From Octopus vulgaris (taxonomy: Eukaryota), in contig OX597828.1 in the NCBI GenBank assembly GCA_951406725.2, forward strand, positions 52,018,001 to 52,082,000: a stretch of 64,000 nt of DNA, read 5' to 3'. Position 1 is the stretch's first letter. Each line of letters opens with the position of its first letter. The notes under the pieces are model-generated. The model had not been told where the DNA came from and searched no databases. It worked only from the letters and a program-made list of their open reading frames with translations. The translations under genes were made by a program, and so were the position numbers. Shown here one piece after another: positions 1 through 13,044 of this stretch.

Positions 1-283
1 AAACAATGATTATCAAATCTATTTTATCGATTATGTATTTAGTTTCACCGTAGTACACCGTAAAAGAACACATATTTAGCTGTAAGAACACAAGGACACT
101 GAACGAAATTTCCAGCAAGCTGACGCCACTGTGTTGTATTGATTTTTACTTCTCTGAACCCAACATGTCAAAAATAAATTGAGAGAGAAAATTAAAAAAA
201 AACATTGAATGTTACAAATTCCAGTTCTATTTTCGACCGAAGCCTTAGGCGGTTCCATTAGTTTTAAAGTGTCGAACTTGGTT

Positions 284-668
284 AGGAGTGGCTGTGTGGA
301 AAGTAGCTTGCTTACCAACCACATGATTCCGGGTTCAGTCCCACTGCGTGGCACCTTGGGCAAGTGTTTTCTACTATAGCCTCGGGCCGACCAAAGCCTT
401 GTGAGTGTATTTAGTAGACGGAAACTGAAAGAAGCCCGGCGTATATATATATATATTTATACGTTTGTGTATATGTTTGTCCCCTCAACATCGCTTGACA
501 ACCGATGCTGGTGTGTTTACGCCCCCGTAACTTAGCGGTTCGGCAAAAGAGACCGATAGAATAAGTACTAGGCTTACAAAGAATTTGTCCTGGGGTCGAT
601 TTGCTCGACTAAAAAGGTGGTGCTCCAGGATGGCCGCAGTCAAATGACTGAAAAAATAAAAGAATAAA
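284..668 (+). mobile_element. SINE family A (tRNA-derived head, CORE-like segment, internal TA/TG microsatellite, AAAAGA-type tail)
   Basis: A-box-like TGGCTGTGTGG, B-box-like GGTTCAGTCCC and CORE-like ACCTTGGGCAAGTG; near-identical to many other copies in the window. Confidence 0.9.
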
Positions 669-699
669 AGGGAAAAAAGAAAGAAAGTCAAAAGAAGGC

Positions 700-2639
700 A
701 CGGTAATACGCTAAATATCGTAGAAAGTTCATATATTTTTAAAGAATGTCTCCGTGATGAAATTTCTTTATCGCAAATCTGAGACATGCTTTTCTTCTAT
801 CCCCATTGCATACCGAAGCTGTTATCAAATGTTGCCCCATTCTACTAAACTAAAACATTCTGCTATAGAACGATGAAGTTACATTTTATGAAATGATTGT
901 TTTCTTTAACTATGAGTACAAGATCTTCAATTTCAAGGAGCGGTACCGATGTGTGAAGCATTGGAGTTCTTGCTGTTCTGAAACACGTTAACGAAGTTGA
1001 AATAGTTCAACATGTGAATCAAATATGGGCCATGATAAAGCTGACGTTTGAAGCTAAAGGAACCATATTTTTAGTTCTACAGAAACAATCTACTTCCAGG
1101 AATAACGCTTCCGGCAATCAAATACACTGTAAACATCATTTCCCCTCATATATTATCATTTAAAATAAATGTCAGTGGATGGCATCAATCTCATAAACTT
1201 AGCTTTAAGCAAAGCCGAATAAGTTTAGTGACTAATGATAAATATCTAATTATTAATTTATAGACAATTAATCAAAAATTTTTACATTTTACATTGTTAC
1301 CAAACTTTGTTTCACCTGCACCTCTTCCTTTGACCCAGAATTTCATTATCAGACCACTCAAATTTTTTAACTTGCTTCCTAAAGTACCAAGCTAAACCAA
1401 CTCTTATTACTCTATCCACTTTCGTTCGTCTTCATGTTCTGAGTTCAAATTCAGCCGAGGTCGATTTTGTCATTTATCCTTCCGGGGTCGATAAATTAAG
1501 TATCAATGAAACACTGGGATCGATGTAATCGACTCATCACCTCCCCCAAAATGGCTATCCTTGTGGCAAAATTTGAAACCAGTATTCTATTGTCTCTTAA
1601 GATGGCGAGTTGGCAGAATCGTTAGCATGCCGGACAAAAACGGCTTAGCGGTATTTTGTCCGTCTTGACGTTCTGAGTTTCAAATGCTACCATTTCTGTT
1701 CTATCATTTCTGTTCTATCATTTCTGTTCTATCATTTCTGTTCTATCATTTCGGTAATGATAGAACAGAAAGGCACTGCTACAGGATATAAGCAAAGCTG
1801 CTCGAGGTGCTTGCTGTGCAGTTGTGGATAAGGAGAAAGGAATTATTCTGCTAAGATGGCTTGATAATAACCAAGTAAATCTTGTAACCAATTTGAAAGA
1901 CGAGAAGGTTTTTGATGTTGGTAGCTGTAAATGATGGAAAGAATCTGAGAGAAATCTCAACCAAATATTGTGAGTCTGTATGACAAACAAATGGGAGGTG
2001 TTGACTTATTTGACAAACTGAGAGGTCATTATCGAATTAGAATATGATCAAGAGAATGATATTGACCTTTGTTTAGATTTTACCTCAATGGAATCATTGT
2101 AAATTTATGGATTGTTTTCCACTGTATTCAGAGGAATATTTCTCTACTGGAATTTGAAAGTTACTGCATTGCTTGCTGCTCCAGATTTCGAAAAGAAGAG
2201 AGTGGTACGTCCTAAAACAAAGAAGCAAGTTCCGCAAGTGGCACGATTCGATAACAGACACCACCTCGTCAACAAAATTGAAACTCAAAGGCTTGTGGAA
2301 AATGCATCAAATGCAATGTAGGCCTACATCCTGACACATGCTTTCTTCATTTTCATTAATAAATGATATTCCTCTTAGAAATATTATATCTACTTGTCAT
2401 TAGAAAGTTTTTGTAAAACAAATAACTGAGATTAATTGTTTTTTTTACTTCATCCTTATTTCAAAATTTTAACCCCACATACCAAGCGTATGATATATCA
2501 TACGGGTCTTAAAACCATTTTATTATTATAATATTCACAACATTTTGTTGTGAACTTCTAAAATAGATAAAAGGATACAACGTATGTGGAAGTACCAAAA
2601 AATTCTATTTTTTTGGGGGGGGGGGCATTAATGGCTTAA
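700..2639 (+). mobile_element. Decayed piggyBac (PGBD3/MER85-like) transposon, interrupted by SINE-B copies; left end not located
   Basis: Translated remnants RWLDNNQVNLVT (~1853) and MGGVDLFDKLRGHYRIRI (~1992); C-terminal Cys/His remnant KCNVGLHPDTCFLHFH (~2310-2356); right end GGCATTAATGGC-TTAA (2624-2639) resembles the reverse complement of the MER85-type TIR; 18-bp palindrome CGTATGATATATCATACG at 2487-2504; stops and frameshifts. Confidence 0.75.
1420..1690 (+). mobile_element. Two partial SINE family B copies inside the piggyBac remnant
   Basis: GTTCTGAGTTCAAAT...GAGGTCGA...CATTTATCCTTCCGGGGTCGATAAATTAAGTA core; second copy is head only (1599-1690). Confidence 0.8.
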
Positions 2640-3030
2640 GGCGTCTGGCAGAGTTCTTAGTAGTATTTTGTCTGTCTGTACTTTCTGAATTCAAATTCCT
2701 CCGAAGTCGACTTTGCCTTTCATCCTTTTGGGGTCGATTAAATAAATACCAGTTGAGCACTGCACAAGGATGGATATAATTGATTAACCACCTCCCGCAA
2801 AATTCCAGGCCTCTGTTCTAATGTCTCTTAACGCAGCAAGCTGGCAGAGTCGTTAGCATTCCGGACAAAATGCTTAGTGGGCATTTCGCCCGTCTTTACG
2901 TTCTGACATCTAATCTCACCGAGGTAGTCTTTGCCTGTCGGAGTTGATAAAATAAGTACTAGTTGAGCAATTGGGTCGATATAATCGATTATCCCCTCCC
3001 TACAAAATTTCAGGCCCTGTGCTTATAACA
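2640..3030 (+). mobile_element. Two tandem diverged SINE family B copies
   Basis: GTCGACTTTGCCTTTCATCCTTTTGGGGTCGA core in the first copy; homologous head and tail in the second. Confidence 0.8.
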
Positions 3031-3399
3031 GAAAGGATTATCCTCTTGTCTATTTCTGAAAAGGTTCTTTTGGGGGTTCTTTGCCTAAATAAATGTCACT
3101 GTTTGCTGTGAAATATTTGTCAAATCTTATCCACACACATTTCTACCATTTGTTTATAAAAATTGTTCGTCAGATATTTGTCATTGTTCATTAATATTAT
3201 CGATCTTTGCTAAAAGCTCAATGTGTGTGATTGCCGACATATAATGACTATGATTTTAAATTAAAATAAATGGAAAGAAATATTACACGGTATTCGTTCA
3301 CCAGAAATATTTCTTTTATTGTCAGTTGCACTGTATTAATTTTTTTTTCTTTTACTTTCTTACATTAATCACAACTTAAGCCATTTTGTTCTCTTTGCA

Positions 3400-3900
3400 A
3401 TCTTCTCAGACCGCCTGGAATTCTCTTCATCATTGGTGTAAAATAATTTTAAAGAGCCATCCCACGCAACAATTTCCTCTCTGCTGAACACTTGACCCAT
3501 ACCAACTCTGATTTATGAAAAAGCTTAAGAGAGCCAAAAATAGATCATAATTTGTTTCCTATCGTGTCTATTTTGAAGTACCAATTTTATGCCAGCTCGC
3601 TGGAGTCATCCATTAACTCTATGACGTATTTATGGACGATGACTTTGGTGTCATCTCACTTATTTTCTGGATTAACCAGAATTAAGCTAGACGACTTAGT
3701 TTTACTTCTTTGTAATATTCTCCCGGAACTTAAATTTGTCAGGAATATCTCTTCATTTCGTCCATTTTCTCCTATTTCTCACTGTCCGCAACAGTCATTT
3801 ATCCAACCATGTGTTCTAAAACCATATCAATAGCTAAATATTTAATAATCAGTATTTTGTTTTACCGGAAACAGATCCCATCAACCGTTTACTTCTTTTA
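3400..3900 (-). pseudogene. Possible very old CR1/L2-type LINE ORF2 C-terminal remnant
   Basis: Only weak translated motifs (ELVWV..., MKRIPGGL) resembling the post-RT region; many stops. Confidence 0.25.
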
Positions 3901-5350
3901 TTTCTGCCACAAAGCCATTCACAGAAATAATTCCGGTTCGTCTTGGGACAGCAGGAAATAATCTCTGCCAATTTGGCTCATGCCATCTTCCCTTATCGGA
4001 ACAGACTATAATAGTAGACCAACCCCTCTCCCACTTCTGTTAAATTTGAGCAGAAAGACAGAATTTCGTATTCATAACTTTCCAATCATATTTTGTACCA
4101 TGAACAAAACATTCTCTGAAACATTTATTTTCTGCAACAATTCCCCATCTTTGTCAATGGCGTCGGACGGGTGACAAATTTGCTTCATAAATATGTGGCT
4201 TCAGTTTCAATTCCATTGCACATATCTTTGGGCAAGTATCTTCTAAAATAGATGCATGTTGACAACAGATTTGTAAATGAAACTTGATTAACAGAAACTT
4301 GCACGGAAGCCCTTCAAATATATTTTTTGTGTTACTGTGCAGCAGACATTATCTTTTGCCTGGATTAATATCATCTTCTAGGCTTTGGGTTCATTTAGCA
4401 GAGTCCATTCTGCTAAATTTATGCGAGTAAGTTCTCTTATGTGAGATTAATGCTTCTCTCTCCTTCGAACTTGTCTCAAAAGTCCCTGAAAGTATCAGGA
4501 ACGATGTCCTTACTTCTCTACGCAATAAACTGATATATATATTTTCTCTCTTAGAAACTACAACCGACTTCATGTTATCTTCTCTTTCCCAAGTACCAAA
4601 CTTTAAAACCGTTCAGTTTAAAAGTTTGTACTTGAGTCATCATGTCCAATGCCTCACATACAATTCCATGTAACCAGGAATTGTAGATGGCTCAAGTCTT
4701 GTTTGATTCATGAGTAAATTTTATTACGCGGCACTAGTGTGGTGACTGATCCATCCCTCATTTCTAAACCATTCGTTCTGTGACCTATAATAGAGAGGAT
4801 GCTGAAAGTTTCTGGCTTTAAGGATGTCGTGAAAGGCCTGGTTGCAGTTCCAAACTTCCAAGTTCTTTTGCAAGGCTTAGAAAAACTGTAGCACCACTGC
4901 AATAACTGTGTAAGTCTGACAGGAGAATATGCTGAATAAAATCATAATTAACTGATCCTCCTGTATTTTCTTTTACTCAAAGTCAGCTACTTTTCTGTAT
5001 CCCCCCGTACATCAATTCACCGAGATATTCTACAGAATGTAACATATCGTACAATGCAGGATTAATGCTATGTTTTCTCTTATAATTAATAACAGCGAAA
5101 ACCTTTTCTCTCTTGCCTTTCCCCGTGTTCTCTAAGTTTGGTTTTGTGTTTTTTTTCTTTTCACTTTCTTATTAAAAGGTTGGGCTTTACCTTCCTTTTC
5201 TCTCCTTGATCCTCATTCTACCTTCGCAGTTACTTATATTCATCTGATTTTATATATATATATATATTCATACTGTTTTGGTCTCTTGAATTATTCTGAC
5301 AATCACTAATATTTCCGTTTATTTTTTTTCTCTTCCTCATAATCTGTCTT

Positions 5351-5418
<68 letters not shown>

Positions 5419-5548
5419 GCTGTCATACTCCTTTACATTGTCAGTCTTTCTTTCCATTCTCCCAAGACAGACAGTCCACAGAACAGTATAACTCTGTTGC
5501 TGTGATGACTCGTTAACAAATCTCCAATTATAGATTTTGCTATTATTG

Positions 5549-5990
5549 AGGAGTGGCAGAATCGTTAGAGCATCAGAAAAATTCCGTCGCATTATTTATT
5601 CCGGTATTACACGTTCTTAGTTCAAATATCGCCGAGGTCAATTATGCTTTTATCCTTGCGGGGGCTATTAAATAAAGAACAACTGAAGTCGTGGAATCGA
5701 TGGTATCCACTTAATCCACTGACGGCGAGATGGCAGAAACGTTAGCACGCCGAGCGAAATGCGTAGCCGTATTTCGTCTGGCATAACGTTCAAATTCCGC
5801 CGAGGTCGACTTTACCTTTCATCCTTTCGGGGTCGATAAATAAAGTATCAGTTACGCACTGGGGTCGATGTAATCGACTTAATACCTATGTCTGTCCTAG
5901 TTTGTTCCCTCCATATTTAGCCCCTTGTGGGTAATAAAGAAATAGGTATCCACTTAATCCACCTCTCCGATTCATTGCCCTTCTTCTTGA
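5549..5990 (+). mobile_element. Young SINE-B (5722-5946) nested in an older SINE-B
   Basis: Direct repeat GGTATCCACTTAATCCAC at 5702-5719 and 5945-5962 (TSD). Confidence 0.9.
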
Positions 5991-7279
5991 ATTAGAAACT
6001 AACGTTTCAGTAATTTTAATCTAGCGTTGGGCAATAGAGTTAAATTACATATTTTCTGGGAGTCGGCCGGCACTAAACCTCTCGACGAAAGTAGACAGGT
6101 TTGATACCATACGGCCAGTCAGTGATGTTTCTTTTTTAGAAACATCCCAGTTGCACACTTGATTTTATCCTTATCAAAGTTATTGCTGTGTTTATATAAA
6201 TACATGTTGGGGATATACATCCAAGACATATTTTGTGATTTTATTTGTATCTCTGCCTGTTTTGGATAATATCTTAAATGGAACATCTTCATCCAAGCAA
6301 TGTCACTCATTCCGAAAGTTTTCTTCTCTAATTGAATTTATTTCTACAAGTCAATTTATTTCACAGATCAAATATAGATAGTTAATATTTTAAACAAACA
6401 CCAGTTGCGATATTTAGATTTAGGATGCATTATAAGACCGAGGAAGATATTTTGATAAAGTGTATTAATCTCTCTCAAATAAACATCTTAAAATGTTTTA
6501 ATGCCTGTATGTCTCTGAGAAGCAACTGAACACTTACTGGCAGTATGAACACTTATCGCAAATAATCTAATACTATATTCACATAACCATTTGACTTCTA
6601 CACAATTATCGCAGAATATAATCTGACAGAAGCTAAGCAAAACAAAAAATTTCGGAAGGTGGAAAATGTTAATACGCTTTAGACGGGCTTTAAGGAAATC
6701 CGAAAGAATTAAAGGTCGAATAATACAGTTGAGTCTGTTACGCTTAGCTCTATATCAAAAATTTTGTCTCAGCCATCAAATCATAGGTTTGTACTTGTCT
6801 GCCAAGTAACTTGACCTGAGACATTGAATCAAAACTGGAAATTTTATTTTATTTATTTACAACACACATGTTAAATTGTTAAATTCCTTTTCCATTCATT
6901 TAGTGACATGCCAATATTTTCATCACGCTGTTGTAACTTGGTCACGGACAAACACCCACTGCAACTGTAATTTATCTTTTGTTACTTTCAGACGTGCGTG
7001 TCTGGTGTGTAGACATTTTTGACCTTTTGACACTATAAGTAATGTCTATGATCTATTCTTATGTCTGTTTATAAACTTGTATCGTTATGGTTGTTCTTTT
7101 TATTTTTATCCGCTTTTACCATAATGGCTGGCTGACAATATGCTTACATCGTTCGCTATGTGCCTATATCAAGCATTTTTGGTGTATTTTCTTATTGTAC
7201 GAATCTATAAATACTGGATTCAGGGTGAAAATATTTCATTTTGATGATGTGGTTTGAAGCAATTGGTGGGGTAAATATA

Positions 7280-7470
7280 ATTTCAAATTTTGGCACAAAG
7301 CCAGCAATTTCGTGGGAGGAGTAAGTATCAACTGCAGGGCACAACTGGTACTTATTTTATCGATCTCGAAAGGATGAAAAGCAAAGTCGACCCCGGCAGC
7401 ATTTGAACCCGGAACATACAGACGGACGAACTGTTGCTAAGCCTTTTGCCTAATGTGCTAACGATTCTGC
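7280..7470 (-). mobile_element. Diverged SINE family B
   Basis: CTGGTACTTATTTTATCGATCTCGAAAGGATGAAAAGCAAAGTCGAC is the reverse complement of the B core. Confidence 0.8.
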
Positions 7471-8081
7471 CATTAGGGCTAAATATTAATTTAGAAATAT
7501 GACCAGAGAGGAAATCGCAATCATGTGTGTGTGTCTGTGTGTGCGTGTGTCTGTGTGTGTCTGTGTGTGTGTGTGTCTGTGTGTGTGTCTTTGTGTGTGT
7601 GTGCATGTGTATGTGTATGTGTGTGTTTCTGTGTGTTTGAACATATATGCCCATGTACACATATACACACAGACATGTATTTGAAGCTGATTAAAGGAGA
7701 AACAGGGAAATGTGAACATCTTGGAGTATGGTATATTTGTATTATCCTATATGAACATAGGGTTGTGACTGAGTATGGACACTGGCCTAGAAAAAGATTT
7801 ACTGATCCGCCTTAGCATAGTATCATAACAATGTATGTAACACGTTAACAAAACGTAACGCGTACACTAAGTTTATTAATTGAATCATGAGTTTATTTAG
7901 TGCGTGCTGGAAAAATGTGGAAATAGGATTTTATTCAGGATTCTTGTTCCGGTTCTTTGAATATATTAGTAGCGCTCAGAGCTGCCGAGAGGTAGCGTAA
8001 ATTTCAAAGAAGCTTACCCATGGTATCGTATTCAGAATACTTTCTCACTTCCAAATTGATATCTCTCTTTTATTTTTTTTT

Positions 8082-8483
8082 CTCTTTTACTTGTTTCAGT
8101 CATTTTGACTGCGGCCATGCTGGAGCACCGCCTTTAATCGAGCAACTCGACCCCGGGACTTATTCTTTGTAAGCCCAGTACTTATTCTATCGGTTTCTTT
8201 TTTGCCGAACCGCTAAGTGACGGGGACGTAAACACACCAGCATCGGTTGTCAGGCAATGCTAGGGGGACAAACACAGACACACAAACAAACACACATACA
8301 TATATATATATACATATATACGACAGGCTTCTTTCAGTTTCCGTCTACCAAATCCACTCACAAGGCATTGGTCGGCCCGGGGCTATAGCAGAAGACACTT
8401 GCCCAAGGTGACACGCAGTGGGACTGAACCCGGAACCATGTGGTTGGTTAGCAAGCTACTTACCACACAGCCACTCCTGCGCC
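8082..8483 (-). mobile_element. Full-length SINE family A
   Basis: Reverse complement of the 284-668 family from GGCGCAGGAGTGG head to TAAAAGAG tail. Confidence 0.92.
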
Positions 8484-9459
8484 TATGTGGATTTATGGTA
8501 CATTTTTTTACAACTATTTTCACGCCTGTTATTATCGTAATGGTAGAACTTACAGCAGATCAATTTGATGGATCTTCATTTTTTTTTCTACGAGTTCAAT
8601 GTTGAGTTGTGCTTCTCAGAGGAAACGTTCACATTTGTTAGGTGATAAATTTATTGCGTGCACCTTCTACAAACATAACATTATCATACTTACCGTCACT
8701 GTATCATGTTCGGACTTTGATTATCTTAATGTTTTAATCCAAAAGTTGCTACAATATAACTGGAAAGTTTCTTCGGCAATTATTTTTTTTTTATTTATGC
8801 GCCCTTTTCAAGCCTAGCCAGGCTCATGAGCCCGGTTTCCCGAAAATTTTGATACGTCATGAAATGAATGAAAACTGAATATAAAAGCTTTTGTGTTCTT
8901 TCAAATAGTGATGCATACTCTCCTATTTTAAATAGCATCCAAATATTACTTCATGTAAAATTTTAAATTAATTTATTTAACACCACTCTCTTTTAATCCA
9001 CTCATATAAACTGCTCGTGTGGTTTTTAAAACCTTTAGCTCTACGTCAGCTGAATAACAAGATAAATAAATGCAATGTTTGTGGTTAAGATACAAATTTA
9101 ACGTCAACTGATATCAAACAGTTTTGTTTCATACAAAAAAAAAAAAAGAAAACGTATTTTTCCACCCACGTTAATCACGTGTTATTTGAAGAATCCACGA
9201 GGGGAACATTTTCTGAATGGGCAATGGTAATTGATTTTTATGTTGTGAAATGGATATCTAAATAGTGAAGACATATTTGATTACTGCCGGAAGTGAACCA
9301 ATTCCAATTTATCATCGGATAGAGCCAGAAAATTAATTACTAAAATCTTTCTTCAAAATGTAAATAATTTTCTGCAGTAACGTCTGACTATTAGAAAGCC
9401 GAGTAGGAACACATCAATATTGTTACATGGCTATAGAATTTTAGTGTGCCTTAAACAGT

Positions 9460-9516
<57 letters not shown>

Positions 9517-9531
9517 TTTCTCCTCGCCGCC

Positions 9532-9589
<58 letters not shown>

Positions 9590-9602
9590 TAATAATAATG
9601 AT

Positions 9603-9840
9603 GATAAAAGTGCAAAATATCGTGTTAACTGGAACGACTCATGTACTGAGAAGAGCATTATCGCTGTGATAACAACATCGTTTCCTGAATTTATTTATTT
9701 ATTAATTTTTTTTAAATACATATTTTTACCTGTGAATTTGGGTGTGTAACCTAGGAATGCATACAATGAGCTTCTCTGCACTAGGTCTACCGAAGACACT
9801 CGGCGAGAAATGGAAGAAAATTTGAAGAAATAAGGAAAAT
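9603..9840 (+). mobile_element. R4/Dong-type non-LTR retrotransposon 3' end between (TAA)n tracts
   Basis: Translates VQNIVLTGTTHVLRRALSL*; 3'UTR GAAGACACTCGGCGAGAAATGGAAG matches 50196-50220; flanked by AAT/GAT repeats. Confidence 0.8.
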
Positions 9841-9862
9841 GATGATGATGATGATGATGATG

Positions 9863-9900
<38 letters not shown>

Positions 9901-10149
9901 CGACTTCATGACAAAATTTGACATAGGGCTGATAGAAACATTGAAATCATTACCTGGCCATGAACCAATGGTCTTTTTATCTCGGAAGAAACGAAGTATT
10001 GTCTCTGTGTCAGCTTTGCACAAATCTATGGCTTCAAATCAGCATCTAATTCTCGTCGATTGTTTCAAAATGTAGAGTAATTTTTTTTCTTTTTAGACGG
10101 AAGACTTAAGATTTCACTATACACATACGCTTATTTAATTGCTGGATAA

Positions 10150-10707
10150 GTGTATGTATGTATGTATGTATGTATGTATGTATGTATGTATGTATGTATG
10201 TATGTATGTATGTATGTATGTATGTATGTATGTATGTATGTTTGTATGTATGTATGTATGTATGTGTGTATGTGTGTATGTATATATGTATGTATGTATG
10301 TATGTATGTACGTACGTACGTATGTACGTACGTACGCACGTACGTATGTACGTATGTATGTATGTATGTATGCATGCATGTATGTATGTATGTATGTATG
10401 TATGTTTGTGTGTATGTATGTATGTATGTATGTATGTGTGTATGAATGCATGTATGTATGTATGTATGTATGTATGTATGTGTGTATGAATGCATGTATG
10501 TATGTATGTATGTATGTATGTATGTATGTATGTATGTTTGTATGTATGTATGTGTGTATGTGTGTATGTATATATGTATGTATGTATGTTTGTTGTATGT
10601 ATGTATGTGTGTATGTATGTATGTATGTATGCATGCATGTATGTATGTATGTATGTATGTATGTATGTGTGTATGTATGTTTGTGTGTATGTATGTATGT
10701 ATGTATG

Positions 10708-10741
<34 letters not shown>

Positions 10742-11124
10742 TGTATGTATGTATGTATGAATGCATGTATGTATGTATGTATGTTTGTGTGTATGTATGT
10801 GTGTGTATGTATGTATGTATGTATATATGTATTTATGTATGTATGTATGTATGTATGCATGTGTGCATGTATGTATGCATGTATGTATGTATGTTTGTGT
10901 GTATGTATGTATGTATGTATATATGTATGTATGTATGTTTGTTGTATGTATGTATGTATGTTTGTGTGTATGTATGTATGTATGTGTGTATGTATGTATG
11001 TATGTATGTGTGTATGTATGTATGTATGTATGTATGTATGTTTGTGTGTATGTATGTATGTATGTATGTGTGTATGTATGTATGTATGTATGTATGTATG
11101 TGTGTGTGTATGTATGTATGTATG

Positions 11125-11157
<33 letters not shown>

Positions 11158-11281
11158 GTGTATGTATGTTTGTGTGTGTGTATGTATGTATGTATGTATG
11201 TATGTATGTATGTATGTATGTGTGTGTGCATGTATGTATATATGTATGTATGTATGTTTGTTGTATGTATGTATGTATGTA

Positions 11282-11312
<31 letters not shown>

Positions 11313-11938
11313 ATGTATGTATGTATGTTTGTGTGTATGTATGTATGTATGTGTGTATGTATGTATGTATGTATGTATGTATGTGTGTATGTATGTATGT
11401 ATGTATGTATGTATGTATGTTTGTGTGTATGTATGTATGTATGTATGTATGTATGTATGTATGTATGTGTGTGTGTATGCATGTATGTATATATGTATGT
11501 ATGTATGTTTGTTGTATGTATGTATGTATGTATGTATGTATGTTTGTTGTATGTATGTATGTATGTATGTATGTGTGTATGTATGTATGTATGTATGTAT
11601 GTATGTTTGTGTGTATGTATGTATGTATGTGTGTATGTATGTATGTATGTATGTATGTGTGTATGTATGTATGTATGTATGTATGTATGTTTGTGTGTAT
11701 GTATGTATGTATGTATGTGTGTATGTATGTATGTATGTATGTGTGTGTATGTATGTATGTATATATGTATGTATGTATGTATGTGTGTATGTATGTTTGT
11801 GTGTATGTATGTATGTATGTATGTATGTGTGTATGCATGTATGTATGTATGTTTGTGTGTATGTATGTATGTATGTATGTATGTATGTATGTATGTATGT
11901 GTGTGTGTGTGTATGTATGTATCTATGTATGTATGTAC

Positions 11939-11969
<31 letters not shown>

Positions 11970-11975
11970 TGTATA
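10150..11975. repeat. ~1.8 kb compound (TATG)n microsatellite
   Basis: Direct reading; source of the HTYI/MYVC pseudo-ORFs. Confidence 0.98.
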
Positions 11976-12167
11976 CATACATACTTTATTTGCCTGTTAA
12001 CAAGGCAAATCAACGTTTAAATCTTCACAAATTTTGAAGCATGCTACTTGGAAGTATTGCTAGTCATATCCATCCTGAATCCACCAGTAGAGTATTGAGC
12101 ACTCATCCTCACTGTTTGACAGCGTGTGTGTGCGTGTGTGTGTGTAGATGTATAAATATATACATAT

Positions 12168-12312
12168 CACGTGATCACCACCCCCTGCCAGAGCCTCGTG
12201 GAGCTTTTTAGGTGTTTTCGCTCAATAAACACTCACAACGCCCGGTCTGGGAATCGAAACCGCGATCCTACGACCGCGAGTCCGCTGCCCTAACCACTGG
12301 GCCATTGCGCCT

Positions 12313-12314
<2 letters not shown>
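12168..12314 (-). mobile_element. SINE family C, internally deleted (head fused to terminal TCACGTGATCAC)
   Basis: Head near-identical to 12900-13044. Confidence 0.85.
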
Positions 12315-12358
<44 letters not shown>

Positions 12359-12620
12359 TACGTGATCACGTGACCGACCAGACTATCTGGTATTGTTACA
12401 CATCACTGGTCACAATGCGCTTTGCATTTGTTTTACAAATGACGCCACCCCGCTGGCTAGGTGAGCAGACCAGCGTCCTCCTTTGATCACGTTGCACTGG
12501 AGCAACGTGGAATGAAGTCTTTAGCTTCAGAAAACAGCAGGCTCCCCTGTCTGGGTATCGAACCCATGATCGCGAGATCGTGAGTGCAACAGACTAACCC
12601 CCATTAGGCCACGTGCCTTC
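12359..12620 (-). mobile_element. Older tRNA-derived SINE with the alternative CACGTGATCACGTGACCGACCAG tail
   Basis: Tail shared with 58912-59030; diverged tRNA-like head at 12550-12620. Confidence 0.75.
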
Positions 12621-12652
12621 ATATACATGGGTATTTCCAATCTGATGACGGT

Positions 12653-13044
12653 GTGTGGTGGAAGCACTCCGTCGGTTACGACGATGAGGGTTCCGGTTGA
12701 TCCGATCAACGGAACAGCCTGCTCGTGAAATTAACGTGTAAGTGGCTGAGCACTCCACAGACACGTGTACCCTTAACATAGTTCTCGGGGATATTCAGCG
12801 TGACACAGAGAGTGACAAGGCCGGCCCTTTGAAATACAGATACACCAGAAACAGGAAGTAAGAGTGAGAGAAAGTTGTGGTGAAAGAGTACAGCAGGGAT
12901 CACCACCATCCCCTGCCGGAGCCTCGTGGAGCTTTTTAGGTGTTTTCGCTCAATAAACACTCATAACACCCGCTCTGGGAATCGAAACCGCGATCCTACG
13001 ACCGCGAGTCCGCTGCCCTAACCACTGGGCCATTGCGCCTCCAC
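12653..13044 (-). mobile_element. Full-length SINE family C with TSD
   Basis: TSD CTGATGACGGT at 12642-12652 and 13045-13055; tRNA-like head GTGGAGGCGCAATGGCCCAGTGG...GGTTTCGATTCCC. Confidence 0.93.

Noticed and set aside
10106-12037. ORFs of 200-635 aa (HTYI/MYVC repeats)
   Set aside because: Stop-free frames of the (TATG)n array; open on both strands, no domain content.
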